DNA of 64,000 nt from Cyanobacteria bacterium P01_A01_bin.123 (GCA_039815185.1 JBCBZT010000036.1:1-64000); one strand, 5' to 3'. Shown: positions 39,491 to 51,026, counted from the first letter of the stretch. Made by a program: numbers and translations. Notes: generated by a model from the sequence alone, not told the origin.

Positions 39491-41392
39491 ATGGAGCGAC
39501 GCGAAAATGCAACCCTGCTAGTGTCCGTGATCCTCTTGGGCCTAGCCCTAGCAGTTCTTCTAACCCTAGAGGCCAGCATGCAGTCCCCATCAGGCCGCGA
39601 TCGCAGTGAGTTTGTCGGGAGTGGACAGTTGTTGAGCGATCCGTTTTTGCAGGCACCCACCGAATCTTCGGTACGGGTAGTGTGGTTCACCGAATTTGAA
39701 GGGATTAACCATGTTGTCGCCTATGGCAACTCTGAACAGATGGTGCCCAGAGCTAATCTGCAATCTCTAACGACTGATGATTTGGGTGAAACCGTTGAGG
39801 CGACCAACCGCCGGCTGAGTCGCATCAGAGAAGATCAAGATTCTAAACTACCTGTAGGCCAGTCCTATGAAGCGCCTTCCATTCGGCCAATTTGGCGTCA
39901 CGAAGCTGAGATCTCTGGGCTCGTACCAGGGCAACGGGTGCCTTACCAGGTCTTGAGTGCTGGGGTCGGTGGCCAGCTTTATAAGAGTCGGATGTTTTCC
40001 TTAGCAGCAGCTCCCCCTACCGCCCAGCCATTGACGATTTTACTCACCTCTGACCATCAGTTAATGCCGATGACGCCGACAAATTTGCAAAAGGCAGCAG
40101 AAACTGCTGAGCAAGGCATTGACGCAGTCTTTGTCGCGGGTGATTTAGTGAATATTCCTGACCGGGCGTCAGAGTGGTTTGACGATAGCCGGGGCAACGC
40201 CTTTTTCCCAAGTTTGCAGGGGCTTGCTCAGGCTACCTTAGAGCGAGGCAACCAAACCACTCAGTATCAAGGGGGTGAAATTATTCAGCATGCACCCTTG
40301 TTCCCAGCCGTCGGCAATCATGAGGTAATGGGGCGATTTTCTCAAACAGCCCCACTCAACCAGCAGTTTAACGACCCCGTCCCCTGGAGTAGCGCTCAAA
40401 AAATTTATGACCAGCAGGCTCAGATCTTTAACCCCGAAGCAGATCCAGTCTTGGCGGCCCAGTGGTTAAAGAATAATTCGTTCAATACAGACACCTACGA
40501 AGAAATTTTTTCGTTGCCGGCCAGCCCGATTCCAGGGTCGCCAGATTTTACCACCCGCTACTATGCCACCACGTTTGGCGATGTGCGGTTAGTGTCGTTG
40601 TTTGTCACCAACATCTGGCGATCGCCAGCCTTAGACGCTAAAACTCGGGGGCGCTACCGCGAACAGGCCGCTCATCTCAATACCCCAGATCAATGGGGCC
40701 ACGGCCAGCATATTTTTCTATCTATTGAAGACGGCAGTGCTCAATATCGCTGGCTCGAACAAGAATTAGCCAGCGAAGCCTTTCAACAAGCCAAGTACAA
40801 GGTGGTGATGTTTCACCATCCGCCCCACAGCTTGGGAGACAACATTGTGCCACCTTACGCCAATCCGGTTGTGGTCAGCGATCGCAACCCGGATGGCAGC
40901 CTAAAAGCCGTCCGCTACGAATATCCCAAAGATCAAGATGAGATCATTCGCGATTTGATTCCCCTGTTAGAGCGTGCTGGGGTACAGCTGGTGCTCTACG
41001 GCCACTCCCACCTGTGGAACCGCTTTGTCAGCCCCAGCGGCATGCATTTCTTGGAAACCTCGAATGTAGGCAATACCTATGGGGCGTATTGGGGCGACAA
41101 GACTCGTCCAGTCCCTACCGATGAGGTCGCAGGCAAGGCAGATCTTGGCCCCTTCCAAATCGATAATTATATTGCAGTAGGCGACCCCAATGGCTTGGAA
41201 CCCGTCATCCCGACCCGAGCCCCGCTGACTAATGAGGCTGGGGAAGTAATCCCCTATATCGCTAGCAATGATATTACCGTATTTAGCCTGTTTGATACGG
41301 GTTCTGGTAGCGTCAGTAGCTATTACTTTGATACGCGCAAACCGCGATCGGCGGTGGTGAAATTTGACGAATTTAACCTGGAAGACGCCTGA
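39491..41392 (+). CDS. Purple acid phosphatase-like metallophosphoesterase (start uncertain)
   Basis: SDHQ, AGDLV, GNHE, MFHHP, GHSH motifs; FN3-like N-domain. Confidence 0.88.
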   Translation: MERRENATLLVSVILLGLALAVLLTLEASMQSPSGRDRSEFVGSGQLLSDPFLQAPTESSVRVVWFTEFEGINHVVAYGNSEQMVPRANLQSLTTDDLGETVEATNRRLSRIREDQDSKLPVGQSYEAPSIRPIWRHEAEISGLVPGQRVPYQVLSAGVGGQLYKSRMFSLAAAPPTAQPLTILLTSDHQLMPMTPTNLQKAAETAEQGIDAVFVAGDLVNIPDRASEWFDDSRGNAFFPSLQGLAQATLERGNQTTQYQGGEIIQHAPLFPAVGNHEVMGRFSQTAPLNQQFNDPVPWSSAQKIYDQQAQIFNPEADPVLAAQWLKNNSFNTDTYEEIFSLPASPIPGSPDFTTRYYATTFGDVRLVSLFVTNIWRSPALDAKTRGRYREQAAHLNTPDQWGHGQHIFLSIEDGSAQYRWLEQELASEAFQQAKYKVVMFHHPPHSLGDNIVPPYANPVVVSDRNPDGSLKAVRYEYPKDQDEIIRDLIPLLERAGVQLVLYGHSHLWNRFVSPSGMHFLETSNVGNTYGAYWGDKTRPVPTDEVAGKADLGPFQIDNYIAVGDPNGLEPVIPTRAPLTNEAGEVIPYIASNDITVFSLFDTGSGSVSSYYFDTRKPRSAVVKFDEFNLEDA

Positions 41393-42048
41393 TATACTCC
41401 CCGGATAGCGTTGTTGCTCGGGTGAGCCAACCATGGGGATAAGCTGTGCATCTTATGATAACCGCCACAATACTTTGTGGGGTCGTGAAGTCATGTTGCT
41501 GTTTTAGTGAGGCAGTTGAGCGATGCCAATTCTTCTTGCATAGCCGAGAATTTCCTACCCTACGTTTTTACGACAGAGCAGTCTTCGCTATCGATAAATT
41601 CCCTTCAAGAGGCGTTCAATCTGCAAATGGACACTAAGCCAAGCGCAGATTGGGTGTGGTGGATAGTCGGGTATCCCCAATCTTGAAACAGGATTGAACA
41701 TGAGAAAGTTCTCATACTTTGTTCACCAACAACTTAAAACAATCCGATTTACTTTGGGTAGGCTCAGATAGTTTGGCTTCCTAAAGAGTTTCAAAGGTGA
41801 AAAATTCATTCGGTTACTTGAGCGAGATGGGCTAGCCCGCGCTAAAAACATTGATGCTGAAGCTATGTAATGCACAGCTCCAGAAAGAGTAATTGCTGAT
41901 ACTTTTAGTTGACGATGATGATAGCAGTGGCGGCCAATCAGTATGCTGTGGGAACATCTCTACAGCTACGCTAGTCCCATTAAGGCAGATGCATCTTCAA
42001 TTTTGAACAATCGTCATTGCCCGACGTTTTACTATTCGGCTAGTTTTC

Positions 42049-43245
42049 ATGTTGATCCGGCATCTCAATCGCTATCAACAGAAATTTTTGTTTCTGTTGA
42101 CCATCACGATTATCTACGTTGCGCTGGTGGCCTGGCTTGACCTCTTGCAGGGACCTTACTGGTGGGATGAAGAAACTTTCTGGCAGACCAGCCTAACTTT
42201 TAGTGATCGCTTGTTGCCCAGTATTGATGATTTAAGAGACTACAATGAGCTCAGTACGCCGCTGCCATTCATCATTTTTGGGGCACTAGAATACCTATTC
42301 CATCAAGGAATATTTGCAGGCCGACTGCTGAACTTGATTTTGTCTCTCAGCATCATCTTTATTATTGGCTGGCCTAGCAAGGATAAAGGTGGACGAGCCA
42401 TTTTGTGTTTGGTTGGTCTATTGATGTGTCCCTATTACCTTTGGTTGAGTGGTCGTTTATACACCGAAATGATTGCTTGTTTCTGGGTGATCATGGGGTT
42501 AATGGGTTACGTTCGCAATCGCTATCTTTTGAGCTGTATTGCTTTCATCCTAGCGATCGCATCGCGGCAGTATATGTTGGCTTTCCCAGCTGCAATTGTC
42601 ACTTATGAATTTATTGTTGCAATGACTGAAGTCATACAGCAACGTCAAATCAGCTTAGCTAAACAGTGGAAGTGGCTGGCACCTCTAATAGCTACCTTGT
42701 CAATTTTTGGATGGTTCTATATGTTTCAGGGGCTAGCTCCTGAAACCGGCATAGCAGGTCGGAAAACGCCTGAAGTTCAGCAAACACTCTGGGCACTAAC
42801 GCCGGGCGGCGCGATTAATTTTTTGTCCTTTATTGGCCTCTACATCGTTATTCCAGAGTTGATACTGTTCTATCATCAGGGTATACTCCAAACCTTGAAG
42901 CGGCAGTGGCGTAAAACTGCCCTCATTACAGCTGGTTTATCGGTTTACTTCCTTTTGTTTCCACCGTTATCAGTCGCTGCTGGAAATGTTGATAAAATTG
43001 TCGATCTTCTACCTCATGATTTTTTACAAATAGCTTTTCTTTATAGTTTGTCATGGCTGGCTTGTGTTCGATTCTGTCAACCAAATTTAATATCCTTCAT
43101 CGTTCTATTTAACAGCTTGATTATGTTTAAGGCATTCCCTTGGGATCGATATGTCTTACCATTGGCAGTTGCTTTTTGGTACTTAAAGTCGACTGGGCTT
43201 GTCGATCAATTTAATATCTTTCAGAAGCAAGATATGGCGACCTAA
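42049..43245 (+). CDS. Polytopic membrane protein, GT-C-fold glycosyltransferase-like
   Basis: WWDE motif after the first TM, YTEM, SRQY, WDRY; about ten TM segments. Confidence 0.55.
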   Translation: MLIRHLNRYQQKFLFLLTITIIYVALVAWLDLLQGPYWWDEETFWQTSLTFSDRLLPSIDDLRDYNELSTPLPFIIFGALEYLFHQGIFAGRLLNLILSLSIIFIIGWPSKDKGGRAILCLVGLLMCPYYLWLSGRLYTEMIACFWVIMGLMGYVRNRYLLSCIAFILAIASRQYMLAFPAAIVTYEFIVAMTEVIQQRQISLAKQWKWLAPLIATLSIFGWFYMFQGLAPETGIAGRKTPEVQQTLWALTPGGAINFLSFIGLYIVIPELILFYHQGILQTLKRQWRKTALITAGLSVYFLLFPPLSVAAGNVDKIVDLLPHDFLQIAFLYSLSWLACVRFCQPNLISFIVLFNSLIMFKAFPWDRYVLPLAVAFWYLKSTGLVDQFNIFQKQDMAT

Positions 43246-43614
43246 TGGGAACAAGCTATTCAGTAAACTCGCCTGCATAAATCCCAATCACTGTTGAGGG
43301 CTCTTTGATCAAAAACATGATTGAGCAAAAAAATCTGTGACAACATGATTTTGTAGCCAGATTATGCAGGATTAGCCTATGAGTAAAAAGCATGTAATCT
43401 ATCTAGGTAAAACTACATAAAGTTCCTGTGAATACGCTGAGAAAGTCCTTGCAAAATCCCGTAGAAAATTTTATTTCTAGTTTAGTTTGTGTAAGATCTT
43501 TTGGCCTGTGATTTGATCAGCAAGATCTATAAAGCCTAGGGTGTAAACAAACTCTTTCTGATTTCAGATTGATATTTCAGCTATTGCCAACCTTAGCAGT
43601 TGCCAATTCTAGCA

Positions 43615-44613
43615 ATGTCTTCAATCAGTATTTCAATTGTGCTTCCTGTCTACAATGGCGGAGAGATATTTCGAGCAAGCTTAGCTAGCATCCGGCAAAG
43701 CCTGCGACCTCCCGACGAGATCATTGTGGTATCTGACGGTGACACGGACGGCTCTTGGCGCGTAGCCGAAGAATTTGGCGCGAAGGTATTGCGGTTAGAC
43801 GGCCCAAATGGCCCTGCCCGTGCCAGAAATGTCGGTGCACAAGCAGCTGGGGGGGACATCTTGTTTTTCATGGATGCGGATGTCACGCTCCATGCCGACA
43901 CATTGAGTTTAATTGAGCAGCGGTTTCAGCAACAGCTAGACCTAGCAGCACTGATTGGCTCCTATGATGATGCGCCGGGGGCCAGTAACTTTCTCTCGCA
44001 GTACAAGAACCTATTTCATCACTACACCCATCAGGAAGCTTCTGAAGTTGCATTCACCTTCTGGGGAGCGTGTGGGGCGATTCGTAGGTCAGTGTTTCAG
44101 GCGGTTGATGGGTTTGATGAGGGCTATCGGAAGCCCTGTATTGAGGATATTGAGTTGGGCTATCGGCTCAAACGGGCTGGTTACACTATCCAGCTATGCA
44201 AAGATATTCAGGTAAAACATTTGAAGCGTTGGGAGCCATTGTCTTTGCTAAGGGCAGAAATTTTTTACAGAGCCCTACCTTGGATAGATCTGATTCTGCG
44301 CGATCGCCGCTTGGATGCTGACCTCAACCTAAACAATACCAGCCGGATTAGCGTCGCATTTGTTTTTGCCCTACTTGGGAGTTTAGCCGTTAGTCTTTTC
44401 CTGCCGCAGATATTGTGGGCCCCTGCCGCCTTGGCAGTGGGGTTAGTGGTGATCAATTGGGATGTTTATCGTTTTTTCTACCAGAAGCGGGGGCTGTGGT
44501 TTACGTTGCGCGTCATTCCCTGGCACTGGCTCTACTTCTTATATGGGGGAGCGGCCTTTGTCTACGGCACGCTGAAGTATTCCCTGGTACAGCTATTTGA
44601 GCCTGGAGTTTAA
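43615..44613 (+). CDS. Glycosyltransferase family 2 with C-terminal TMs
   Basis: SIVLPVYN, SDGDTD, GPARARN, FMDAD, GFDE, EDIELG. Confidence 0.92.
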   Translation: MSSISISIVLPVYNGGEIFRASLASIRQSLRPPDEIIVVSDGDTDGSWRVAEEFGAKVLRLDGPNGPARARNVGAQAAGGDILFFMDADVTLHADTLSLIEQRFQQQLDLAALIGSYDDAPGASNFLSQYKNLFHHYTHQEASEVAFTFWGACGAIRRSVFQAVDGFDEGYRKPCIEDIELGYRLKRAGYTIQLCKDIQVKHLKRWEPLSLLRAEIFYRALPWIDLILRDRRLDADLNLNNTSRISVAFVFALLGSLAVSLFLPQILWAPAALAVGLVVINWDVYRFFYQKRGLWFTLRVIPWHWLYFLYGGAAFVYGTLKYSLVQLFEPGV

Positions 44614-44690
44614 GTTAATTCTAGCGCCCGCAGATCGAGATAGTGCACAACCTTAAAGCTACAAAAATTATCAATTGCTGGAGTCAATAA

Positions 44691-46184
44691 ATGAAGAATT
44701 CCCATCCTGTAGTGATTATTGGTGGTGGGCCGGCTGGCCTCACAACGGGATACGAGTTGATGAAACATGGTGTTAACTCAATCATTCTAGAAAAAGCTGA
44801 TAAAGTTGGCGGTATTTCTCGCACAGAAACTTACAAAGGCTATCGATTTGATATTGGCGGTCATCGCTTTTTTACAAAGGTCAGCGAGGTTCAGCGAGTT
44901 TGGCAGGAGATTTTGGCGGACGACTTTATCCAGGTTCCTCGATTGTCGCGCATCTACTATGATGGCAAGTTTTATGACTACCCCATTTCAGTCGTTAAGA
45001 CGCTTCGAAACATCGGGCTAATCCAAAGTACTCAGGTCATTATTAGTTATCTAAAGGCAAAGCTACACAAACGATTAAACCCTCAATTTGAACCTGAAAC
45101 CTTTGAAGAATGGGTCACTGATTGCTTTGGAGAACGACTTTATCGAATCTTTTTCAAAACTTATACCGAGAAAGTTTGGGGGATTCCATGCAGTCAAATT
45201 CGAGCCGATTGGGCCGCCCAGCGAATTCAAAATATGTCTTTAAAGCAAGTCTTGATCAATGCCCTGTTTGGGAGCCAAAACGCCAAGAGCCTGATCAAAA
45301 AATTTGACTATCCCCGCCTAGGGCCAGGCATGATGTGGGAACGTTGCCAGGAAATCTTGGAAACGGAAGGCTCTCCCGTTCACCTGAATACAAAAGTCAT
45401 CAAAGTCGAACGTGACGGTACTTGCATCACGAAGGTGCTTGCTCAGCAGGGCGATCGCACCTTTGAATTTGTGGGTGACCAGTTCGTCAATTCTATGCCC
45501 TTAGCGTTGCTGGTTCGTCGTCTTGATCCTTTGCCCCCAGACTATGTTTTGGCTGCAGCTGACGGTCTCAAATACCGCGATTTCCTGATTGTCTCATTGG
45601 TGATTAATCGCGATCACCTGTTTCCAGATAACTGGCTCTATATCCATAGCCCTAAATTTAAAGTGGGCCGTATCCAAAACTTTAAAAATTGGAGTCCGGC
45701 CATGGTGCCCGACGCCAGCAAAACTTGCTTAGGCATGGAGTATTTTTGCAGCAAAGGGGATCATCTCTGGGAGATGTCAGACAAACAGTTGATTAAACTC
45801 GCTTCCCAAGAAATTGTGCAACTGGATCTAGGCGTTGAAGCCAGCGATGTTGAAGATGGTTGTGTGATCCGTCAGCTTAAAGCTTATCCCGTTTATGACG
45901 GTGAATATCGTCGGCATCTCCAGGTTTTACAAGACTATGTTGAAACCTTTGACAACTTGCAAACTGTTGGACGCAACGGCATGCACCGTTACAACAATCA
46001 GGATCACTCCATGCTCACAGCTTTGCTGGCGGCTAAGAACATCTTGGGTGAGAACCACGATTTGTGGAATGTAAACGTTGAACGGTCTTATCACGAGAAC
46101 TTTACCGATGAAGAGTGGTCGAAGCTTAGGGAGCCCTCTGCACAGTCTGTGACTGATCTAAAACCATTATCCCGTGCTGCTTAA
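44691..46184 (+). CDS. FAD-dependent oxidoreductase (protoporphyrinogen oxidase / UDP-galactopyranose mutase-like)
   Basis: GGGPAGL, DIGGHRFFTK, YTEKVWG, GRNGMHRYNNQDHSM. Confidence 0.88.
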   Translation: MKNSHPVVIIGGGPAGLTTGYELMKHGVNSIILEKADKVGGISRTETYKGYRFDIGGHRFFTKVSEVQRVWQEILADDFIQVPRLSRIYYDGKFYDYPISVVKTLRNIGLIQSTQVIISYLKAKLHKRLNPQFEPETFEEWVTDCFGERLYRIFFKTYTEKVWGIPCSQIRADWAAQRIQNMSLKQVLINALFGSQNAKSLIKKFDYPRLGPGMMWERCQEILETEGSPVHLNTKVIKVERDGTCITKVLAQQGDRTFEFVGDQFVNSMPLALLVRRLDPLPPDYVLAAADGLKYRDFLIVSLVINRDHLFPDNWLYIHSPKFKVGRIQNFKNWSPAMVPDASKTCLGMEYFCSKGDHLWEMSDKQLIKLASQEIVQLDLGVEASDVEDGCVIRQLKAYPVYDGEYRRHLQVLQDYVETFDNLQTVGRNGMHRYNNQDHSMLTALLAAKNILGENHDLWNVNVERSYHENFTDEEWSKLREPSAQSVTDLKPLSRAA

Positions 46185-46247
46185 TAGGGTGTCAGTAAAG
46201 TGCGGTAGGGGCTATTGGAGCAATTAATTTTGAAAGGTGTTCAAGCT

Positions 46248-47381
46248 ATGAACTTGCCAAAAGTTACCATTGTGGTTTCACCACGGGAACGGTTTAGCTA
46301 TACCCAGACTTCCTTGGAGAGTATCTATGAACATACCCAAATTCCTTTTGAATTGGTGTATGTGGATGGCTATTCGCCTAAGTCTATCAAAGACTACCTG
46401 GCTGCCCAAGCTACGGAAAAAGGGTTTGAATTGGTTCGAGTCGACCACTTTTTGACGCCAAATCAGGCCCGCAATACTGGTGTGGCCCGAGTGAACACCC
46501 AGTATGTGGTGTTTATTGACAATGATGTTGTGGTTTCTCCCGGTTGGTTGAAAGCGCTAGTACAGTGTGCTGAAGAAACTGACGCGGCTATTGTCGGACC
46601 GTTGACTTGTCAAGATGAACCCATTCATGAAACCGTCCATTTTGCCAATGGGGTAGCTCGCATCATCGTTGATGTGAAAGGACAGCGGCGACTGCGTGAA
46701 AAAATGTCTCGCCAGGGGCAGCAAGTGGCTGATACCGTGGCAAAACTCCAACGGACTCAGGCAGAACTGGTCGAATTTCACTGCATGCTGGTGAACATGG
46801 CTGTCTTCAAAACAATGGGGGCATTAGATGAACGGTTCCTCAACACCAAAGAACATGTTGATCTCTGTCTCGGCGTTGCTGAGGCCGGAGGCAAAATCTA
46901 TTTTGAGCCCACATCTGTGATTACCTATGTGCAGGGTATTACTTGGAATTGGGCAGATTTGCATTACTACATGCTGCGCTGGAGTGATGCCTGGGAAAAA
47001 GCAAGCTTGGCTCACTTGGCACAAAAGTGGAATTTGCCAGAGAGCATTTATTTCACACACAAATACAAAGCGATGGGCTGGCGTCGGAGAAATATGATCC
47101 TATCGCCATTATTAGATCGTCTAACCTTCGGTCTATTCAAGGGTCGATTGTTTGAGAAGCTGACATTTGGTCTTGTAAGCAGCCGATTCTTGGAAAAGGT
47201 GTTGATGTATGGGGTGTTGGCACCTATCGACCGAGTTGTGAATCGATATCTGAGCGATCGCCATGGGTACAAATGGTTGAATCAGCTTGTATCCGAACCC
47301 AACCCCCAGTATGCCAATCTGTCGGAGGCTTTAAGTAGATCGCTTAACAGCAAAATTGATGAAAATTCTCCTGTTACATGA
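46248..47381 (+). CDS. Glycosyltransferase family 2
   Basis: VTIVVSPRERF, NQARN, FIDND, EFHCML. Confidence 0.88.
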   Translation: MNLPKVTIVVSPRERFSYTQTSLESIYEHTQIPFELVYVDGYSPKSIKDYLAAQATEKGFELVRVDHFLTPNQARNTGVARVNTQYVVFIDNDVVVSPGWLKALVQCAEETDAAIVGPLTCQDEPIHETVHFANGVARIIVDVKGQRRLREKMSRQGQQVADTVAKLQRTQAELVEFHCMLVNMAVFKTMGALDERFLNTKEHVDLCLGVAEAGGKIYFEPTSVITYVQGITWNWADLHYYMLRWSDAWEKASLAHLAQKWNLPESIYFTHKYKAMGWRRRNMILSPLLDRLTFGLFKGRLFEKLTFGLVSSRFLEKVLMYGVLAPIDRVVNRYLSDRHGYKWLNQLVSEPNPQYANLSEALSRSLNSKIDENSPVT

Positions 47382-48588
47382 TTATGGCACTGCAACTGGA
47401 GGCGCTGAGTTGCAGATCCTGTCGCTGCGCCAGGATTTACTCAATCGCGGTCATCAAGTGCGTTTGCTCTCAAGTCGTGCGATTCCCGTTGAGGGCTATC
47501 CTCAGTTGGCTGACCACACTTGCTTCGGAGCCAATTCAAAATTGCGGGTGTTGGCTCAAACCGCCAACCCTTCTGCCTATTGGCAACTGTACAGAGTACT
47601 GCGCGAGTTTCAGCCTGATATTGTCCATATCAGAATATTCCTGACACAGCTGTCTCCGCTGATTTTGCCTCTACTGCAGGAAATCCCCTGCATCTATCAA
47701 ACCGCGCTGTACACGGCGATTTGTCCTGTCGGCACAAATGTGCTGCCTGACCGTAGTCCCTGTCGCTCTTCTCCGGGGCGAGTGTGCCTCTCGTCAGGCT
47801 GTCTCACCTGGAAGGCTTGGGCGGCGCTCATGCTACAGCAGCACCTTTGGCAACGTTGGCGACCTGCCATTGATCGGATTGTTGCCCTCAGTCACGCCAT
47901 GAAGGCAGAACTTGAGCAAGCTGGGCTAGGGCCGATTGAGGTGATTCACAATGGTGTGCCGCAGCGATCGCAGCGACCCCCGCTAACCCATCCACCGACC
48001 GTTGCCTATGCGGGTCGCTTAGTGCCAGAGAAGGGAATCCATGTTTTGATTAAAGCCTTCGCGATCGCGAAGACTCATGCCCCCCAAGCCCGTCTACTGA
48101 TTGCGGGACAAGGCAATGCAGAGAGCGAACTGCGAGCCTTGTCTGCAGAATTAGGCGTCTCTGACAGCATTACTTGGCTGGGGCACCTATCACGCTCAGC
48201 GCTAGAGCATCAGTTTGATCAGGCATGGGTGCAAGTGATGTCGTCTTTGTGGGCCGAACCCTTTGGTAACGTGACCACTGAAGCGATGATGCGCGGCACT
48301 GCGGTCATTGCCAGTGCAGTCGGAGCGCAGCCAGAGATTGTCACACACGAAGAAACTGGCTTTTTGGTTCCGCCAGGGGATGTCGATGCATTAGCCGCCT
48401 GCCTAACTCGGCTGTTACTCAATCAAGAACTGGCAGAAACGATGGGGAATGCTGGCAGGGCACGTGCCCTTGAATCGTTTAGTGAAGATCGTCGAACCGA
48501 TCAGTTTATCGCGCTTTATCAGCTTGTCAGAGAGCAATATTCCGCTCGCCCTATGCCCACGTCTTATCCAGAGGTTTCGTCATTATGA
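47359..48588 (+). CDS. Glycosyltransferase family 4
   Basis: GGAE, YAGRLVPEKG, EPFGNVTTEAM, TGFLVPPGD. Confidence 0.92.
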   Translation: MKILLLHDYGTATGGAELQILSLRQDLLNRGHQVRLLSSRAIPVEGYPQLADHTCFGANSKLRVLAQTANPSAYWQLYRVLREFQPDIVHIRIFLTQLSPLILPLLQEIPCIYQTALYTAICPVGTNVLPDRSPCRSSPGRVCLSSGCLTWKAWAALMLQQHLWQRWRPAIDRIVALSHAMKAELEQAGLGPIEVIHNGVPQRSQRPPLTHPPTVAYAGRLVPEKGIHVLIKAFAIAKTHAPQARLLIAGQGNAESELRALSAELGVSDSITWLGHLSRSALEHQFDQAWVQVMSSLWAEPFGNVTTEAMMRGTAVIASAVGAQPEIVTHEETGFLVPPGDVDALAACLTRLLLNQELAETMGNAGRARALESFSEDRRTDQFIALYQLVREQYSARPMPTSYPEVSSL

Positions 48589-49517
48589 GTGCTCCTCTGC
48601 TCAGCATTATTATTCCGACCTATAACCGTCCTGAACTGTTATCTAGAGCCGTTAACAGTGCGCTTAGCCAGACGGTAACAAATATTGAAGTTATTGTCGT
48701 TGACGATAACTCTACACCAGCGGTGACGTTGCCACCGCAGGAACGACTCAGGGTGGTTCGCATAACGCCTAATCAAGGCGGCTCGGCCGCTCGCAATCAG
48801 GGCGCCAAGGCTGCCCAATCGCGCTGGATCACCTACTTGGATGATGATGATGAATTGATGCCTGACATGGTCGAAAAGGCCATGGCAGCGATCTCAAAAA
48901 TTCCTCAAGATCTACCTAGTCCCGTTGCTGTGCTGTTTGGGCTAGCCGTTGTAAACCCCCAAGGACAGGTGTTAACCACCCACCTACCGCCAACGTTGCC
49001 GCGAGGTTCACACTTTTGTTTAGAAGAAATTCGTCCTGACCAATCGTTTTACTCCAAGCAGACCTTAGTGGTTGAGCGAGAGGTGCTGTTAGGGATGGGC
49101 GGATTCGATCCAAGTTTTACCTCGCGGGTGCATACTGAATTATTTCTACGGCTGAACTCGGTCTGTTCTTTATGGGGAATTCCAGAGGTCACTTATCGTC
49201 TATCGACCCATGGCGGTACCCGGGTCTCTTCAAATTCGCAGCGTCGTCAGCAAAATTTTGAGCGCCTCCTGACTAAGCACCATGCGTTGTTTGCTAACCA
49301 CTCTTCCAAAAAGTTTGCAGATTTTGTCTTTAATCATGCCGATATGGTGCAAAGAAGTGGGCAGTATTGGCTGGCAGCAAAAGCCTTGGGACATGCTTTG
49401 ATCATCCATCCTCTACACACAATCTCCCGATTAGGCTCTCCCTATAAGAAGCGGATATTGGGGATATTCTCTTTCCTTAAAAATTACTTTTTTGTCTCTA
49501 CACAGCCTGGAGCATAG
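48585..49517 (+). CDS. Glycosyltransferase family 2
   Basis: SIIIPTYNR, VVDDNS, SAARN, YLDDDD. Confidence 0.92.
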   Translation: MSAPLLSIIIPTYNRPELLSRAVNSALSQTVTNIEVIVVDDNSTPAVTLPPQERLRVVRITPNQGGSAARNQGAKAAQSRWITYLDDDDELMPDMVEKAMAAISKIPQDLPSPVAVLFGLAVVNPQGQVLTTHLPPTLPRGSHFCLEEIRPDQSFYSKQTLVVEREVLLGMGGFDPSFTSRVHTELFLRLNSVCSLWGIPEVTYRLSTHGGTRVSSNSQRRQQNFERLLTKHHALFANHSSKKFADFVFNHADMVQRSGQYWLAAKALGHALIIHPLHTISRLGSPYKKRILGIFSFLKNYFFVSTQPGA

Positions 49518-49523
49518 TATTTT

Positions 49524-51026
49524 ATGGCCAAATCTGACCGCCACTTTGAAACGACAGCACTACAAGCTAATTTAAATCAGCGTTCACTACAGTCTGGCCT
49601 GATTGCTGTGGCGGCTCAGCCGATTAAGTTCATCATCGGTGTTGGTGGCACCATGGTGTTAGCTCGCCTATTGGTTCCGGCTGATTTTGGACTGTTGGCG
49701 ATGGTACAGCCGTTGTTGAGTATTGTCGATAGCCTTAGCAATCTGGGGCTAGAAACTGCCACAATACAGCGCCAAGAATTTAATCCAGAGCAGGCCAGCG
49801 CCATATTCTGGCTTTCCTTAAAAATTAATGCCCTAGTCATTGGCGGGATGATGGTTGCGGGCCCTCTATTGGCCTGGTTTTATGGTCAGCCAGAATTGAC
49901 GATGATCGTCTTATGTTTGGCCATCGGTATCACGAGTCTTTGTCTGTCATTTCAGCATTTGTCTTTGTTGAAGCGGCAAATGCAGTTTGAACTTTTGACC
50001 ACCATTGAAGTGGTTGCCATGGTGGTCAGTGCAGTGGTGGCGATCGCAGCGGCCTGGCTAGGGTTGGGATACTGGGCATTAGTGTTGCAATTGACTGTCC
50101 TTCAAGTCATCAAGGGCATTGCCTATTGGATTTTTTGCGATTGGCGACCGCACCGCACTGTCAAGTCTTCTCAATTCAAAACGGATCTCCGCTCAACGCT
50201 TTCCTATGGAATTCATCTCACGGGCTTCCGCTGCATTAGCCGGGTGGGCATGAAGATGGATCGGGTGCTGCTGGGGTACTTTGGCGGTGCTAGTGCGCTG
50301 GGGCTCTATTCGATGGCCTATCAATGGGCTTATTTTCCGTTTTGGCAGATTTATCACCCATTATTTGATGTAGCAGTGTCTAGTTTTAGCCGCAGTTTAT
50401 CCAACCCAGAACGCTACCGAAGCTATTGCCAAAGAGGATTATTACTGATTTTTGCGGTTTGTATGCCAGCCTTGGCTTGCCTGTTTGTCACTGCTCAGTC
50501 AGTCATTTTACTGATATTGGGTGAACAATGGCTCGATATCGTACCGATGTTTCGAGTGCTGATTGTGGCGGTCTTTGTGGGGGGAATGTATCGCGTCACG
50601 AAGTGGATTTATGTCTCGGCCGGGCAAACCCAACGTCAGTTTCGCTGGAGCCTGATTCATACCCCCGTGATGATCACTGCGACCGCGATCGGTGTGCAAT
50701 GGGGAGCCTATGGCGTTGCCGTGGGTTATACCGTCGGCATGTGTTTGTTGAGCTACCCCGCAGTGGTTTATTGCGTACGGCAAGCGCCGATTACGCTGGG
50801 CGATTTTTTAGGGTCTGTTTGGCGACCTGCGATCGCATCTATTCTATCGGCAATTTTGCTTTATTGCGCTCAATTGCTGATACCGCCAACGAAGATTTTA
50901 ATCGTTGATTTGTGTGCTTCAGGTCTGATTTATACCCTCTTTTATATTTGTATTTGGCCAATGTTGCCAGGAGGCTATGCCCAGGGTAGATCTTTTATCT
51001 CAGCATTGCTGAGTAAGCTCCGCTAA
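49524..51026 (+). CDS. Wzx/WzxC-type polysaccharide flippase
   Basis: LARLLVPADFG, GYWALV, LGLYSMAY; about 12 TMs. Confidence 0.9.
   Translation: MAKSDRHFETTALQANLNQRSLQSGLIAVAAQPIKFIIGVGGTMVLARLLVPADFGLLAMVQPLLSIVDSLSNLGLETATIQRQEFNPEQASAIFWLSLKINALVIGGMMVAGPLLAWFYGQPELTMIVLCLAIGITSLCLSFQHLSLLKRQMQFELLTTIEVVAMVVSAVVAIAAAWLGLGYWALVLQLTVLQVIKGIAYWIFCDWRPHRTVKSSQFKTDLRSTLSYGIHLTGFRCISRVGMKMDRVLLGYFGGASALGLYSMAYQWAYFPFWQIYHPLFDVAVSSFSRSLSNPERYRSYCQRGLLLIFAVCMPALACLFVTAQSVILLILGEQWLDIVPMFRVLIVAVFVGGMYRVTKWIYVSAGQTQRQFRWSLIHTPVMITATAIGVQWGAYGVAVGYTVGMCLLSYPAVVYCVRQAPITLGDFLGSVWRPAIASILSAILLYCAQLLIPPTKILIVDLCASGLIYTLFYICIWPMLPGGYAQGRSFISALLSKLR

Noticed and set aside
41700..41715. Palindrome ATGAGAAAGTTCTCAT as a Fur-type box
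   Set aside because: The spacing does not fit the 7-1-7 pattern and only a partial second copy exists (43438); the regulator cannot be assigned.
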